Assembly (NCBI GenBank): GCA_021787335.1
Contig: JAJYMC010000049.1
Span: 14,053-78,052 of the forward strand
Reading direction: 5' to 3'
Origin: Bacillota bacterium
GTDB taxonomy: Bacteria; Bacillota; Sulfobacillia; JAJYWN01; JAJZPE01
DNA: 64,000 nucleotides
Shown: positions 19,959 to 28,942 of the stretch, one piece after another
Layout of the letters: every line of letters begins with the position of its first letter
How positions within the stretch are numbered: position 1 is the stretch's first letter
Notes under the pieces: model-generated
What the model saw: only the letters and a program-made list of their open reading frames with translations
Databases searched by the model: none
What the model was told of the DNA's origin: nothing
Program-made: the position numbers and the translations under genes

Positions 19959-20852
19959 TCAATCGACGAAATAGGCCACCCCGACCAATCCCGGGCCCGT
20001 ATGTGCGCCCATCGCCGGGGTGAAGTCGGTGAGATAGCTTTCGACCGGCGTCAGCTTGTCTCGCACGAGCGCCAGGAGTTGCCTGGCCCGCCCCGCCGCC
20101 CCGGCGTGCATGACCGCCACGTGTAACCTGGCGGAACGACCGGATTGCTGAGTTGCCCCACGCTCATCGGTGATTCGGCGGAGCATGACATCAAAGGCGT
20201 GGTCGATGCTCAGGGCCACCCCGGCGGGAACGGCCTCGCCCTCAACGAGTTCGACCATTGGCTTCAGCCGGAGGGCCGCCGCCGCCATTCCGGCCAGTTT
20301 GGGCACATGGCCGCCACGGATCAAATACTCCAGGGTGTCGACGACGACCAACAACCGGGCGCGTTCCGCCACGTGGCATGAGCGTAACAGGACCTGGTCC
20401 CAGGTTGCCCCGGCCCGAACCGCCCGGGCTACCTCAGCGACCACAAGTCCAGCTGCGGCCGCCGCAACCCGGGTGTCGACGACCTGCACCGGCGGGCGGG
20501 CGGCCCCGGGAGGAGCGTCCTCGCTGAAGATTCTCGCCGCCTGCAGGGCGCTGTTGAACGTTCCGCTGAGCTCCTTGCTGAGGGTCAGGCAGAGAATTCG
20601 GTCGACGGCGGGGGCCATTCTGGAGAAAACCTCGATGAAGGCGCCGGGTGCCGGCTGTGACGTCCTCGGCACGCTCTTGGCCGTGGCCATCTTCTCGTAG
20701 AACTCATCGGGAGCAAGGTCCACTCCGTCACGATAGCTGCGACCATCAATCTCAAGGTCAAGGGGAACAACCTCGACCTTGAGTTCTCGCCGCACTTCAT
20801 CAGGTATCACGCAGGAGCTGTCAGCGACCAAGCCGATGCGGTCTGCGCTCAT
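19959..20852 (-). CDS. DegV family fatty acid-binding protein
   Basis: DSS, TSQPAPG, LS..LSGT..SA, LEYL.RGG, HTGPG. Confidence 0.9.
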   Translation of the reverse strand: MSADRIGLVADSSCVIPDEVRRELKVEVVPLDLEIDGRSYRDGVDLAPDEFYEKMATAKSVPRTSQPAPGAFIEVFSRMAPAVDRILCLTLSKELSGTFNSALQAARIFSEDAPPGAARPPVQVVDTRVAAAAAGLVVAEVARAVRAGATWDQVLLRSCHVAERARLLVVVDTLEYLIRGGHVPKLAGMAAAALRLKPMVELVEGEAVPAGVALSIDHAFDVMLRRITDERGATQQSGRSARLHVAVMHAGAAGRARQLLALVRDKLTPVESYLTDFTPAMGAHTGPGLVGVAYFVD

Positions 20853-20901
20853 GGATTCTTCCTCCTCACCAGAGTTCACGTTGCCCCATGCTGGGTGTCA
20901 G

Positions 20902-21954
20902 TCATAGAGAGGGCGCCGTGAGAACCCCGGAGGCCGCCAGAAGCCCGGAGCAGCCGGCGAGCATGACGTCCCCGTAAGGGGCGGCCTGATAGTAGCCGGC
21001 TCCATCCGCGATCCGGCGATTGGGGCCGATCAGGGCGACGAAGCGGAAGCCCCCATCGGCCCGGTAGTCGGGGTGATAGAAGCAGCCGTGCCCGCCGCGG
21101 GCATAGACGCGCTCGTGGGAAAGGCGTCCCTCGCGGAATTCCACGACGTAGGCCGCAAGTTCGTCGGCGGTGAGCGAGGCGGTATGCTCCTCGAAGAGTC
21201 CCCACATGCGCTCGCCTCGGATCAGGGCGCCGAAGGTGTGGCCGTTGCCCACGTTGAGGACGATGACACCCTCGTCGGCCCGTTCAGCGACCCGCGGGTC
21301 GAGAAGGGCCCCCAGGATGGCCGCGGGTCCCGTGTCCATCAGCAGGGCCCCGGGGGCGTGCTCACGAACGGCCAGCATTCGGGTAAAGTACGGGGGAACG
21401 TCGTTCGAGTAGGCCAACTCGCGCAGGTCTCCGCCGCCTTCGATGAAGCCTCGCCAATGCCGGCCGCGGGTATCGCGGTTGCTGACCCCGATGCTTTGGC
21501 CGTGGTCATGCACGGCCACGGCGACCCGCCGGGGAAGGGGCACCCCATAGAGATCGAGGGCGCTCGAGAGGCGCTCGACATCGAGATCCTGGCAGACGAT
21601 GACCTCCGCGTCGCGCGGGGGGTCTTCGGTGAGGACGACCCCCAATCCCTGGACGACCCTGAGGTCATCGTGAACCGTCAGGGCGGCCGGCGGCGTGGCA
21701 TAGACCCGGAAGCCGGCGCGAAGATGCTCCTTCAAGGCGGCCGTCAACGGCCAGCCGCCCATGAGGCCGCCGCTGAGGAAGATGTCTCGGCCGCGCCTGG
21801 TCGCCTCCCGCGCCCGTTCGGCCGCCATGGCGACGGGGGAGGGCAGGATAAGCTGCACGTTGTTCTCCGGGGGGCGTTTCGGGTCATAGATATAGATGTC
21901 CTGGGTCCCGGCTCCGATGTCGACCGTGAGGATCTGCCTGCCGTCTCTCTCCAG
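20902..21954 (-). CDS. DUF1786 family protein (probable CTG start)
   Basis: ILTVDIGAGTQD...EN..LILPSP, AVHDHG, MDTGPAA, NVGNGHT, FEEHT, GGHG, AAPYGD; RBS AGGGAGGGA upstream of CTG. Confidence 0.8.
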   Translation of the reverse strand: MERDGRQILTVDIGAGTQDIYIYDPKRPPENNVQLILPSPVAMAAERAREATRRGRDIFLSGGLMGGWPLTAALKEHLRAGFRVYATPPAALTVHDDLRVVQGLGVVLTEDPPRDAEVIVCQDLDVERLSSALDLYGVPLPRRVAVAVHDHGQSIGVSNRDTRGRHWRGFIEGGGDLRELAYSNDVPPYFTRMLAVREHAPGALLMDTGPAAILGALLDPRVAERADEGVIVLNVGNGHTFGALIRGERMWGLFEEHTASLTADELAAYVVEFREGRLSHERVYARGGHGCFYHPDYRADGGFRFVALIGPNRRIADGAGYYQAAPYGDVMLAGCSGLLAASGVLTAPSL

Positions 21955-22046
21955 GTTAATTCCCTCCCTGTCTGAGGAGTTGACTTTCGGCCTTCTTAAC
22001 TATATTATAATAATATGATTTAAGCAAGATGGGAGTTGAAGGTCCC

Positions 22047-22427
22047 ATGAAGCGTTTCGTCAAGGTCTTCAGAGCTCTGGGAGAACCCACCCGCCAACGG
22101 ATGATCAAGCTTCTGAGTTCCCGGGACCTCTACGTTTGCGAACTGGCGGAGGTCCTTGACATGAAACAATCGCGGGTGTCCCAGCACCTCAGAATCCTGA
22201 AAGAGGCTGGTGTCGTCCGGGAGGGGAGGGAAGGCACCTGGACAAGGTATTCTCTTGATCGGGCCCTCCTCAAAGAAGCCTGGGGAGACTACCTATCTTT
22301 CCTCCAAAGTCCGCTCGAGACGTTGGAGGGCTTCGGTCCCGAAGCCGCTCGCCTGAAGACGCTGCAACTCGGCCCAACCCTTGCGGTCTGCAAGGTGAAG
22401 CCAGGAGCAAAAAAGGGAAGGGGATAA
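22047..22427 (+). CDS. ArsR/SmtB family transcriptional regulator
   Basis: FRALGEPTR..M..LL, YVCEL, VSQHL.ILK.AG.V. Confidence 0.9.
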   Translation: MKRFVKVFRALGEPTRQRMIKLLSSRDLYVCELAEVLDMKQSRVSQHLRILKEAGVVREGREGTWTRYSLDRALLKEAWGDYLSFLQSPLETLEGFGPEAARLKTLQLGPTLAVCKVKPGAKKGRG

Positions 22428-22431
22428 GAGA

Positions 22432-22782
22432 ATGGATCTTGAACAGCTTCTCACCAAGATGGCGGAAGAGTTGGGCGAGGAGCCCAAGCCCATGAAACTT
22501 CTCAGCCAGATCGCCCCAGACGCCGTCTTTGAGCACGCCGCCAACAAAAACTTCGTTTTCGCCAAGGACGCGATCCCCGCCAAGTACAAGCTTCTCACAA
22601 GCATCGCCATTTCGGCCGCGCTCGGGTCCGAGACCTGCACCACCACCTATGTCAAGTCGGCGCTGCGAAAGGGCATCACCCGAGCCGAGATCGCCGAGGC
22701 CATTCTCCTGGCCCGTTTTGTCAAGGCAACGACTGTCGTGGCTGCTTCCGTGCCGGCCATGGAGCTATTGACCGAGCGGTAA
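22432..22782 (+). CDS. Carboxymuconolactone decarboxylase/AhpD family protein
   Basis: IPAKYK.L..IAISAALG..C...Y...A...G.T..EI.EA pattern. Confidence 0.75.
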   Translation: MDLEQLLTKMAEELGEEPKPMKLLSQIAPDAVFEHAANKNFVFAKDAIPAKYKLLTSIAISAALGSETCTTTYVKSALRKGITRAEIAEAILLARFVKATTVVAASVPAMELLTER

Positions 22783-23383
22783 GGCGGCCGGATTGCCCGC
22801 CCATGGGTGCCCCCGCGCACCGGCGGCATCGACCCATGATACCCTGCTCTGCAAGAGGAGGCCCGCCGACCGTTTCGGCGGGCCTCCTGTAGATGGCGTT
22901 CGCTAACTCGGCGGCCTGCTCTCCGCAACCCATTGGCTTGGGGAAATCCAGCGGCGAAATGGGCGGTCTTTCCACTTTCAGGACACCCTTTGGCTCGACG
23001 CCGTGAAGCAACGTGTTGGTGACGGTCCCCCACTTGACGCTGAGCTCATGCAGTTGGCGTAGCTTGTCCTCGGGTTCAGGGCTCTCCAGGGTCAAGACGT
23101 ACGAGAGTTCAACGATGCCAGGCGGGTCGTCAAAGCGCACGGCGTCAATGACGATCCGGATGTCGTCGACGTGGAGACGCATCTTCTCAGAGAGACTCGT
23201 GAGGTTGGTCATCAAACAAGCGCCGAGAGCAGCCATCAGTGTCTCGGCGGCGTTGAAGCCGAAGCGCGCCTCACCTTTCTTCGTGCTCAGGATGAGGCTG
23301 TGTTCCCTCGCTTTGGCCTCGCCTTGGAAGTCTCCGTGGCGGTTGATGGTCACCCTGTACCTTTGAACTGAGTTTTCGCTCAT
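22721..23383 (-). CDS. OsmC family protein (core about 23383-22970, with doubtful C-terminal extension)
   Basis: G.NAAETLMAALGAC..T motif; second Cys replaced (KWGTVTNT). Confidence 0.75.
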   Translation of the reverse strand: MSENSVQRYRVTINRHGDFQGEAKAREHSLILSTKKGEARFGFNAAETLMAALGACLMTNLTSLSEKMRLHVDDIRIVIDAVRFDDPPGIVELSYVLTLESPEPEDKLRQLHELSVKWGTVTNTLLHGVEPKGVLKVERPPISPLDFPKPMGCGEQAAELANAIYRRPAETVGGPPLAEQGIMGRCRRCAGAPMGGQSGRLTARSIAPWPARKQPRQSLP

Positions 23384-23476
23384 GACCCAATCGGCCCCCT
23401 TTGAGCCGGATTTCTGGTTGTCCAGAAGACTGCCGGCCGGTGGGAGGCCTGCAGGCCCCAAACGGGTGGAAGCACC

Positions 23477-23803
23477 CTAGGCTTGCAACTGTTGCACACG
23501 GATGGTCGCGAGCTCTTGCTTCACGGTGACCAGGACCTTCTGCTTGCGCATGAATTGGCGCAGGCCTTCCACGGACGGGAAGCTTATCGCGTCGAACAGG
23601 CAGGTATTGGCACAGGTGATGCATCCGACCATGCAGGCCTGGGGTTGACTGACCACTGCCTTCTTGAGCCCGAAATCGAACCCGTAGACCTTCTTGCCGC
23701 AGCTGGTGAAGCAGACCCCGCAACCGGTGCACTTCTCGACGTCGATTACTGGATGCCATTCAATGTTTTCTCTGGGAATGCTATGCCATGCGGGGAGAGT
23801 CAT
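23477..23803 (-). CDS. 2x[4Fe-4S] ferredoxin family protein
   Basis: CTGCGVCFTSC and CMVGCITCANTC; RBS AGGAGG. Confidence 0.88.
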   Translation of the reverse strand: MTLPAWHSIPRENIEWHPVIDVEKCTGCGVCFTSCGKKVYGFDFGLKKAVVSQPQACMVGCITCANTCLFDAISFPSVEGLRQFMRKQKVLVTVKQELATIRVQQLQA

Positions 23804-23949
23804 TTTACTTTTCCTCCTGTGTTAGTTGTTGGGCGCTAAAATCAATATATAACTATATACGAATATAGTCAAGACTTAATTGCGGGCGAACCTAACTCTG
23901 GGCAACCGGGCCGGACGAGAACGATCATCAGTATTGGAGGTGAAGGGAC

Positions 23950-24666
23950 ATGAGACTCGTCGTTTTCTCTGATGTTCACGGCAACCTTCCGGCTTTGCGG
24001 GCAGTGCTGGACGACATGAGGCACGAGAGACCCGAATGGGTGGTCTGTGCGGGCGATCTGGTCGGGTACGGCCCGTTTCCGAACGAGGTCATCGAGCTGA
24101 TCCGGGAGGAACGCATCCTGACGGTGACGGGGAATTACGATGACGGCGTTGGCCACGACCGCCCTGACTGCGGGTGCGCTTATCGAACGGAGCGAGCCAG
24201 GGAGAACGGACAGAAGTCGCTCGAATGGACCAAAGCACACACGACGCCCGAGAACAAGGCCTTCCTGAAATCCTTGCCGTTGTCGACCAGCCTATCGTTT
24301 GAAGGCCGGAGGGTTCTTGTCGTCCACGGGAGCCCCCGCCGGATGAATGAGTACCTCTACGAGGACAGGCCCGAGGCGACCATCAAGAGAATCCTGGACG
24401 CCGCCGAGGCCGATGTCCTCATCGTGGGGCACACCCACATTCCGTACCATCGGGTGTTTGGCAATAAGCACCTGGTGAACGTGGGGAGCGTCGGCAAGCC
24501 AAAGCACGGGCGGCCTACAGCGGTGTACGCAGTCCTCAGCCTGGCCGACCGGGTGTCGGTGAGTTTCAATGAGGTGCCGTACGATGTCGAAGCCGCCGCC
24601 CGGGCGGTCGAGGCGGCCGGGCTCCCGGGCGATTTCGCGGACGCTCTCCGGAGCGGCCAGGATTAA
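23950..24666 (+). CDS. Calcineurin-like metallophosphoesterase with CGC motif
   Basis: SDVHGN, GDLVGYGP, GNYD, DCGC, HGSP, GHTH, NVGSVG. Confidence 0.92.
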   Translation: MRLVVFSDVHGNLPALRAVLDDMRHERPEWVVCAGDLVGYGPFPNEVIELIREERILTVTGNYDDGVGHDRPDCGCAYRTERARENGQKSLEWTKAHTTPENKAFLKSLPLSTSLSFEGRRVLVVHGSPRRMNEYLYEDRPEATIKRILDAAEADVLIVGHTHIPYHRVFGNKHLVNVGSVGKPKHGRPTAVYAVLSLADRVSVSFNEVPYDVEAAARAVEAAGLPGDFADALRSGQD

Positions 24667-24709
24667 GTCGCCTTCCCTCGACTCTTTGCGGCAGGGGGGT
24701 CAATTTGGC

Positions 24710-24755
24710 TTGACACAACCTAAGCCATAGGCATAATATGATGCATAGGCGTATA
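24710..24755 (+). promoter_or_regulatory. SigA promoter and probable ArsR-type operator upstream of the ArsD-like triplet
   Basis: TTGACA at 24710, CATAAT/TAATAT at 24732-24739, AT-rich imperfect dyad just downstream. Confidence 0.55.
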
Positions 24756-24793
24756 GCGATTGACGGATATGCTGGACGGATGGCGATGAACCC

Positions 24794-25195
24794 TTGGGGG
24801 CAGTGGGGGAGGTGGCCGAATCGAACGGCAAGGCCATTGAGATCCAGGTCTTTGATTCCGGAATGAAGGGTAATCTCTCGCCGTGTGACGCTCGGCAATC
24901 ACCTGAGGAGAGGACGCGGGCAGTCGCCCGTGCCTTGGCCCGTAAGCACGGGGACAAGGTACGGGTCGCGTTCATCGACCTGTTCTCCGAAAGGGGGCAG
25001 CGGATGGCCGGCGTATGGGAGGAGATCACCCGGCGAAATCTCAGCCTTCCCGTGGTCACGATGGACGGCCGGGTGGTGATGGCGGGCGAGCTGTCCTACG
25101 CCAAGCTCGGCCGGGAGGTGGAGCGGTGGCTGGGGGACGCCCATGGTGCCGTGCTGGGGACAGAGAGAAATCGCGGAAAGGGGGATGCGCAGTGA
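24794..25195 (+). CDS. Thioredoxin-fold ArsD-like paralog 1 (single Cys)
   Basis: IQVFD...C...ARALA.K.GD.V.V..I.L...LPVVT.DG pattern shared with the two downstream genes; exact start uncertain. Confidence 0.7.
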   Translation: MGAVGEVAESNGKAIEIQVFDSGMKGNLSPCDARQSPEERTRAVARALARKHGDKVRVAFIDLFSERGQRMAGVWEEITRRNLSLPVVTMDGRVVMAGELSYAKLGREVERWLGDAHGAVLGTERNRGKGDAQ

Positions 25196-25539
25196 GTCAA
25201 CAGCCCGTCGTCATTCGGGTCTTCGACGCGCCTGGCAAACCCTGCGGGTGAGGATCGAAAGGAGTGACCGCTGGATGCGGTCCAACGATTCAGGACCAGA
25301 CGTCGGCCATCGCCAGGGCGTTGGCGCAGAAGTACGGTGACAACGTGACGGTCGAATATGTCAACCTCGTGTCTCCCCGGGGGGCGAGCTTTCGCGACGC
25401 CTGGGGGGTCATCATGGCTCACAATCTCGCGCTGCCAGTGGTGACGGTCAACAATCGGGTAAGGCTATCCGGCGTCCTTTCCCTCGCCGAACTGGACCGG
25501 GAAGCCGGAAGCCTGCTGAGTCACGGAGGTGCGCAATGA
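25192..25539 (+). CDS. Candidate selenoprotein, ArsD-like thioredoxin fold (115 aa, TGA=Sec at codon 20, C-G-U motif)
   Basis: GTG overlapping upstream stop (GTGA) with RBS; frame continuous across TGA 25249-51; homology pattern to neighbours spans both sides; SECIS-like hairpin downstream. Confidence 0.8.
25252..25290 (+). promoter_or_regulatory. Putative bacterial SECIS element
   Basis: GACCGC-TGGAT-GCGGTC apical stem-loop; loop starts 20 nt after UGA with G at position 2; lower pairing GATCG/CGATT. Confidence 0.7.
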
Positions 25540-25877
25540 ACGGGGATTCGGCCGCGGCGACGTCGGTGGAAGTCGACCTCTACGACCCACCAATGTGCTG
25601 CCCAGGCGGGCTGTGCGGTCCCACCGTCGACCCGGAACTGCTGAAGATCCACGAGGCTCTCCTGGCGGTCGAAAGAGAGTTCGGCGACCGGGTGGTCGTT
25701 CATCGTCACGTCCTGAGCCAGACGCCCGCCAAGTTCATGGCCAACCCGGACATAGTTGCCATCCTGACATCCGACGGTGTTGACGCCCTGCCGGTGACCG
25801 TGGTGAACGGCAGGATCATCAAGAAGGGTGTTTACCCCAGTCTTGACGAGATCCGGCAAGCGATTGTCTCAGGTTGA
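25536..25877 (+). CDS. arsD: Arsenite metallochaperone ArsD
   Basis: YDPPMCCPGGLCGP.VDP.L, LPVTVVNG, G.YPS. Confidence 0.92.
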   Translation: MNGDSAAATSVEVDLYDPPMCCPGGLCGPTVDPELLKIHEALLAVEREFGDRVVVHRHVLSQTPAKFMANPDIVAILTSDGVDALPVTVVNGRIIKKGVYPSLDEIRQAIVSG

Positions 25878-25956
25878 CCGCGGCAAGGCCGCCGGCTAAC
25901 CATTAAGCCCGCAGTTCATTCTGATCGACGTCCGGGTCGTCTATTCGCTGGTAAAC

Positions 25957-26381
25957 GGGCCGCCGGGTGGAGGGATATCCTCACCAGCGTTCCCGGGGTG
26001 GGAATGGTGACCGCGGCCGGTTTTCTTGGGGAGATCGGGGATCCCACCGCCTTCTCAGACTGGCGGCAAGTGCAGAAGCTGGCGGAGTTGAACCTGGTCG
26101 AGCAGGGTTCCGGGGAGAAACGGTGGCAGCGTACCATTTCGAAGCGTGGCCGGCCCGGCCTCAGGGCCCTGCTGTATCAGGCGGCGCTGGCCGCCGTCGC
26201 CAAGGATCCGGTGTTCGGCTCATTGTACCGCTACTTCTTAGGTCGAGCCCAGAACCCGTTGCAGAAGAAGCAAGCCCTGATAGCCGTAGCTCTGAAGCTC
26301 TTACGGGTGATGCTCCGGCTCGTCCAGAGCCGCCAGTTCTACGATCCGGTAGGCCGAGGGCGAAGGCTTGGGGACACCTAA
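25957..26381 (+). mobile_element. IS110 family transposase remnant (C-terminal domain only)
   Basis: LTSVPGVG..TAA.FLGEIGD...F, SG......ISKRG...LR..LY.AA, ALIAVA.KL; no N-terminal DEDD domain. Confidence 0.88.
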
Positions 26382-26452
26382 GACGCAAACCTGCAAGAGA
26401 ATGAGATTCAACGTCTCTAAGCTCAAAAACATGTAGACAGGAGGAACCGCTC

Positions 26453-26638
26453 ATGGAAAAGAAGAACAGCGAAGTGAAATCAGGCAAAAAGGGACTTTGG
26501 GCCATGCTCAAGGAGTCCATGAACAAGGCTAGCAGCGGTTGCGGCCCGGGGTGCGGTTGCCATGTCGAGAATCAAGATAGCGAGAATCAACGGAAGGATG
26601 CGCCGGAGAATCCGGAAAAGGAGAAGGAAGAAGCATGA
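26453..26638 (+). CDS. Small putative metal-binding protein (GCGPGCGCH)
   Basis: AGGAGG RBS; stop overlaps ATPase start (ATGA); Cys/His cluster. Confidence 0.65.
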   Translation: MEKKNSEVKSGKKGLWAMLKESMNKASSGCGPGCGCHVENQDSENQRKDAPENPEKEKEEA

Positions 26639-28581
26639 TGGTTCGACCCAATGATTCTCGAAACTGGCAACAGATACTGATCTTTGCGCTTGTTCCGGTG
26701 ATAGTGGGCGCATTGACACTGGCCTCTTGGCTCCTGGGCCGCTGGCAGGTCGGGCCTTGGCTTCTCGTTGGCCCCTGGCAGGTCGGTCCGGGAATTCCGG
26801 CTGCGGGACTTGCTCTGGTCGCCACCTTATTTGGCGGATGGCAGCGGTTTTTGGCAGGCTTTCGGGATGTCGCACACCGCAGGATCACGGTCAACGTCTT
26901 TGTGACCGTGGCGATTTTTGTCACCATAGCCGTCGGCGAGTTTTTGCCTGCTGCGGTGATCATTCTGATCATGGCCGTCGTCGGGGCTTTGGAGTCTTAC
27001 ACGCTCGACAGGACGCGCCGGAGTATCCGCAACCTGCTCGATCTCACCCCTCCGATGGCAAACGTGCGACGTGGCGAAGAGGAAGTCCCCGTTTCCGTGG
27101 CCGAGCTTCAGTACGGAGATGTCGTGATCATACGGCCGGGTGAGCGAATCCCGGTGGACGGCGTGGTTATTGCGGGTGCTGCCACCGTCAATCAAGCCCC
27201 CATTACAGGTGAATCCATGCCGGTGGGAAAGCTTAAGGGCCACGAGGTGTTCGCAGGCACCCTAAATGAGGATGGCCGCCTTGAAATTCGAACAATCAAG
27301 ATCGGCGCGGATACCACTCTTGCCAGAATCGTTCACTTGGTCGAGGAAGCGCAGGAGTCCAAAGCGCCCATCCAGGGGGTCGCCGACCGCTTCACCGTGT
27401 GGTTCCTCCCTACAGTCCTCGTCCTTGCGATTGTCGGCTATCTGATTTCGGGTGATGTGAAGGTAGCTGTCGCCATCTTGCTGGTGGCATGTCCATGCGC
27501 CTTCGCCATCGCGACTCCCTCGGCTATGGCCGCCGGAATTGCGAACATGGCCCGACGAGCCGTACTCATCAAGGGTGGTATTTTCTTCGAAATCGCAGGT
27601 AGGATTGACTCCCTGGTCGTTGACAAAACCGGTACCCTCACCCTGGGCCGTCCGAAAGTCCTGGAGGTCATCAGCGGCGATGGCATGCCGAAAGACGAAG
27701 TGCTTAATCTGGCTGCCATCGCTGAAAAGTACTCAGAGCATCCTTTGGCAAAAGCGGTAATGGCTATAGCCAAAGAAAGGGCACTTGAGGTGCCGGACCC
27801 CGATGAGTTTAGAATCGAGGTTGGCAAGGGGATCGTGTCTTCCCACAATGGACAGGAGATCGTGGTTGGGAGGGATGTTTTTCTGAGGGAACAGGGGATC
27901 GTCATTCCTGCTTGGATTGAGCAGGCCGTGACGGACCAATCCGACCTCGGAAGGACGGCGATTTTGGTCGCACGAGACCGCGAAGCCATTGGACTTCTGT
28001 CCATCGCGGACGAAATTAGAGCCGAGACAGTGGGTGCAATTGAATCGTTGAAGTCGCTTGGCGTGGGCAAAACCACCATGTTGACCGGCGATAACTCCAA
28101 AATTGCGCAAGCCGTAGCATCCCAGATCGGCGTGGATGAATTCCGGGCCGAGCTCTTGCCGGAGGATAAGGAGTCTGCCATCAAAGAGATGAAAAACAAA
28201 GGGAAGATCGTCGCCATGGTCGGTGACGGGATCAACGACGCGCCTGCCCTGGCGCTGGCCGATGTCGGCATCGTGATGGGGGGGACCGGCGCAGACGTCG
28301 CCATTGAGGCGGCTGATGTAACACTCATGGACGGCAACCTCTCACGCTTGGTCGAATTCGTGCAGATGTCCCGGAAGGTGCTGCGGCGGATCAAGCTCAA
28401 TATCTTCTTCTCAATAATCTATAACGTTATCGGTCTGACCCTGGCGATGCTTGGACACCTGACGCCCGTTATGGCCGTCATTTTCCAAGAAGCCGGCTGT
28501 GTCACCGTGGTCCTCAGCTCCACGTTGCTGCTCTGGGCCAAGGTCCCGGACCTGAAAAGCTCCGGGGCCAAACTGTCGTAA
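26635..28581 (+). CDS. Heavy-metal translocating P1B-type ATPase, no N-terminal metal-binding domain
   Basis: TGES, CPC, DKTGTLT, SEHP, GDGINDAP. Confidence 0.95.
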   Translation: MMVRPNDSRNWQQILIFALVPVIVGALTLASWLLGRWQVGPWLLVGPWQVGPGIPAAGLALVATLFGGWQRFLAGFRDVAHRRITVNVFVTVAIFVTIAVGEFLPAAVIILIMAVVGALESYTLDRTRRSIRNLLDLTPPMANVRRGEEEVPVSVAELQYGDVVIIRPGERIPVDGVVIAGAATVNQAPITGESMPVGKLKGHEVFAGTLNEDGRLEIRTIKIGADTTLARIVHLVEEAQESKAPIQGVADRFTVWFLPTVLVLAIVGYLISGDVKVAVAILLVACPCAFAIATPSAMAAGIANMARRAVLIKGGIFFEIAGRIDSLVVDKTGTLTLGRPKVLEVISGDGMPKDEVLNLAAIAEKYSEHPLAKAVMAIAKERALEVPDPDEFRIEVGKGIVSSHNGQEIVVGRDVFLREQGIVIPAWIEQAVTDQSDLGRTAILVARDREAIGLLSIADEIRAETVGAIESLKSLGVGKTTMLTGDNSKIAQAVASQIGVDEFRAELLPEDKESAIKEMKNKGKIVAMVGDGINDAPALALADVGIVMGGTGADVAIEAADVTLMDGNLSRLVEFVQMSRKVLRRIKLNIFFSIIYNVIGLTLAMLGHLTPVMAVIFQEAGCVTVVLSSTLLLWAKVPDLKSSGAKLS

Positions 28582-28699
28582 CATCTCCCTTCCTCATCAT
28601 TCAGGCCTCGAGGGAACATATACAAACAAAGGCAAGGTAGGGGAAATGTCCCATTCATGACCATGCCTGCCGTACCAAGACCTTCAAGAACAAGGATGG

Positions 28700-28920
28700 C
28701 GTCGCCCCGGAAGCCAGGTGGGCCAAGGCGTGGGGCCCGGCGCGGATTTTCCGTCGGCTCTGGAAGGCCCTCGGCCTTCAGGATGTGTTCCAGCGCCTTC
28801 TCTCGGATGCGGCCATCGTCTCGGACCTGGCCGAGGCCGCCTTCGCCATGGTTGAACCGCCTTGTGGACCCCATGTCCAAGCTCGGAGTGAGCGAGTGGA
28901 TGAAGACCGTTCACCGCCCC
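28700..28920 (+). mobile_element. IS1634-family transposase remnant (frameshifted fragment)
   Basis: Joined frames read WGPARIFRRLWKALGL..VF...AAFAMV/LNRLVDPMSKLGVSEW, resembling the IS1634 N-terminal W..LGL...NRL.DP.SKL...W pattern. Confidence 0.7.
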
Positions 28921-28942
28921 CGAGTGGGCGCTTGAGTTGCAC

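Noticed and set aside
24884..24931. Hairpin GCGGGC-AGTC-GCCCGT 35 nt after the Cys codon of ArsD-like paralog 1 as a fossil SECIS
   Set aside because: Codon is TGT and short GC hairpins are expected by chance; needs homologs with TGA to be credible.
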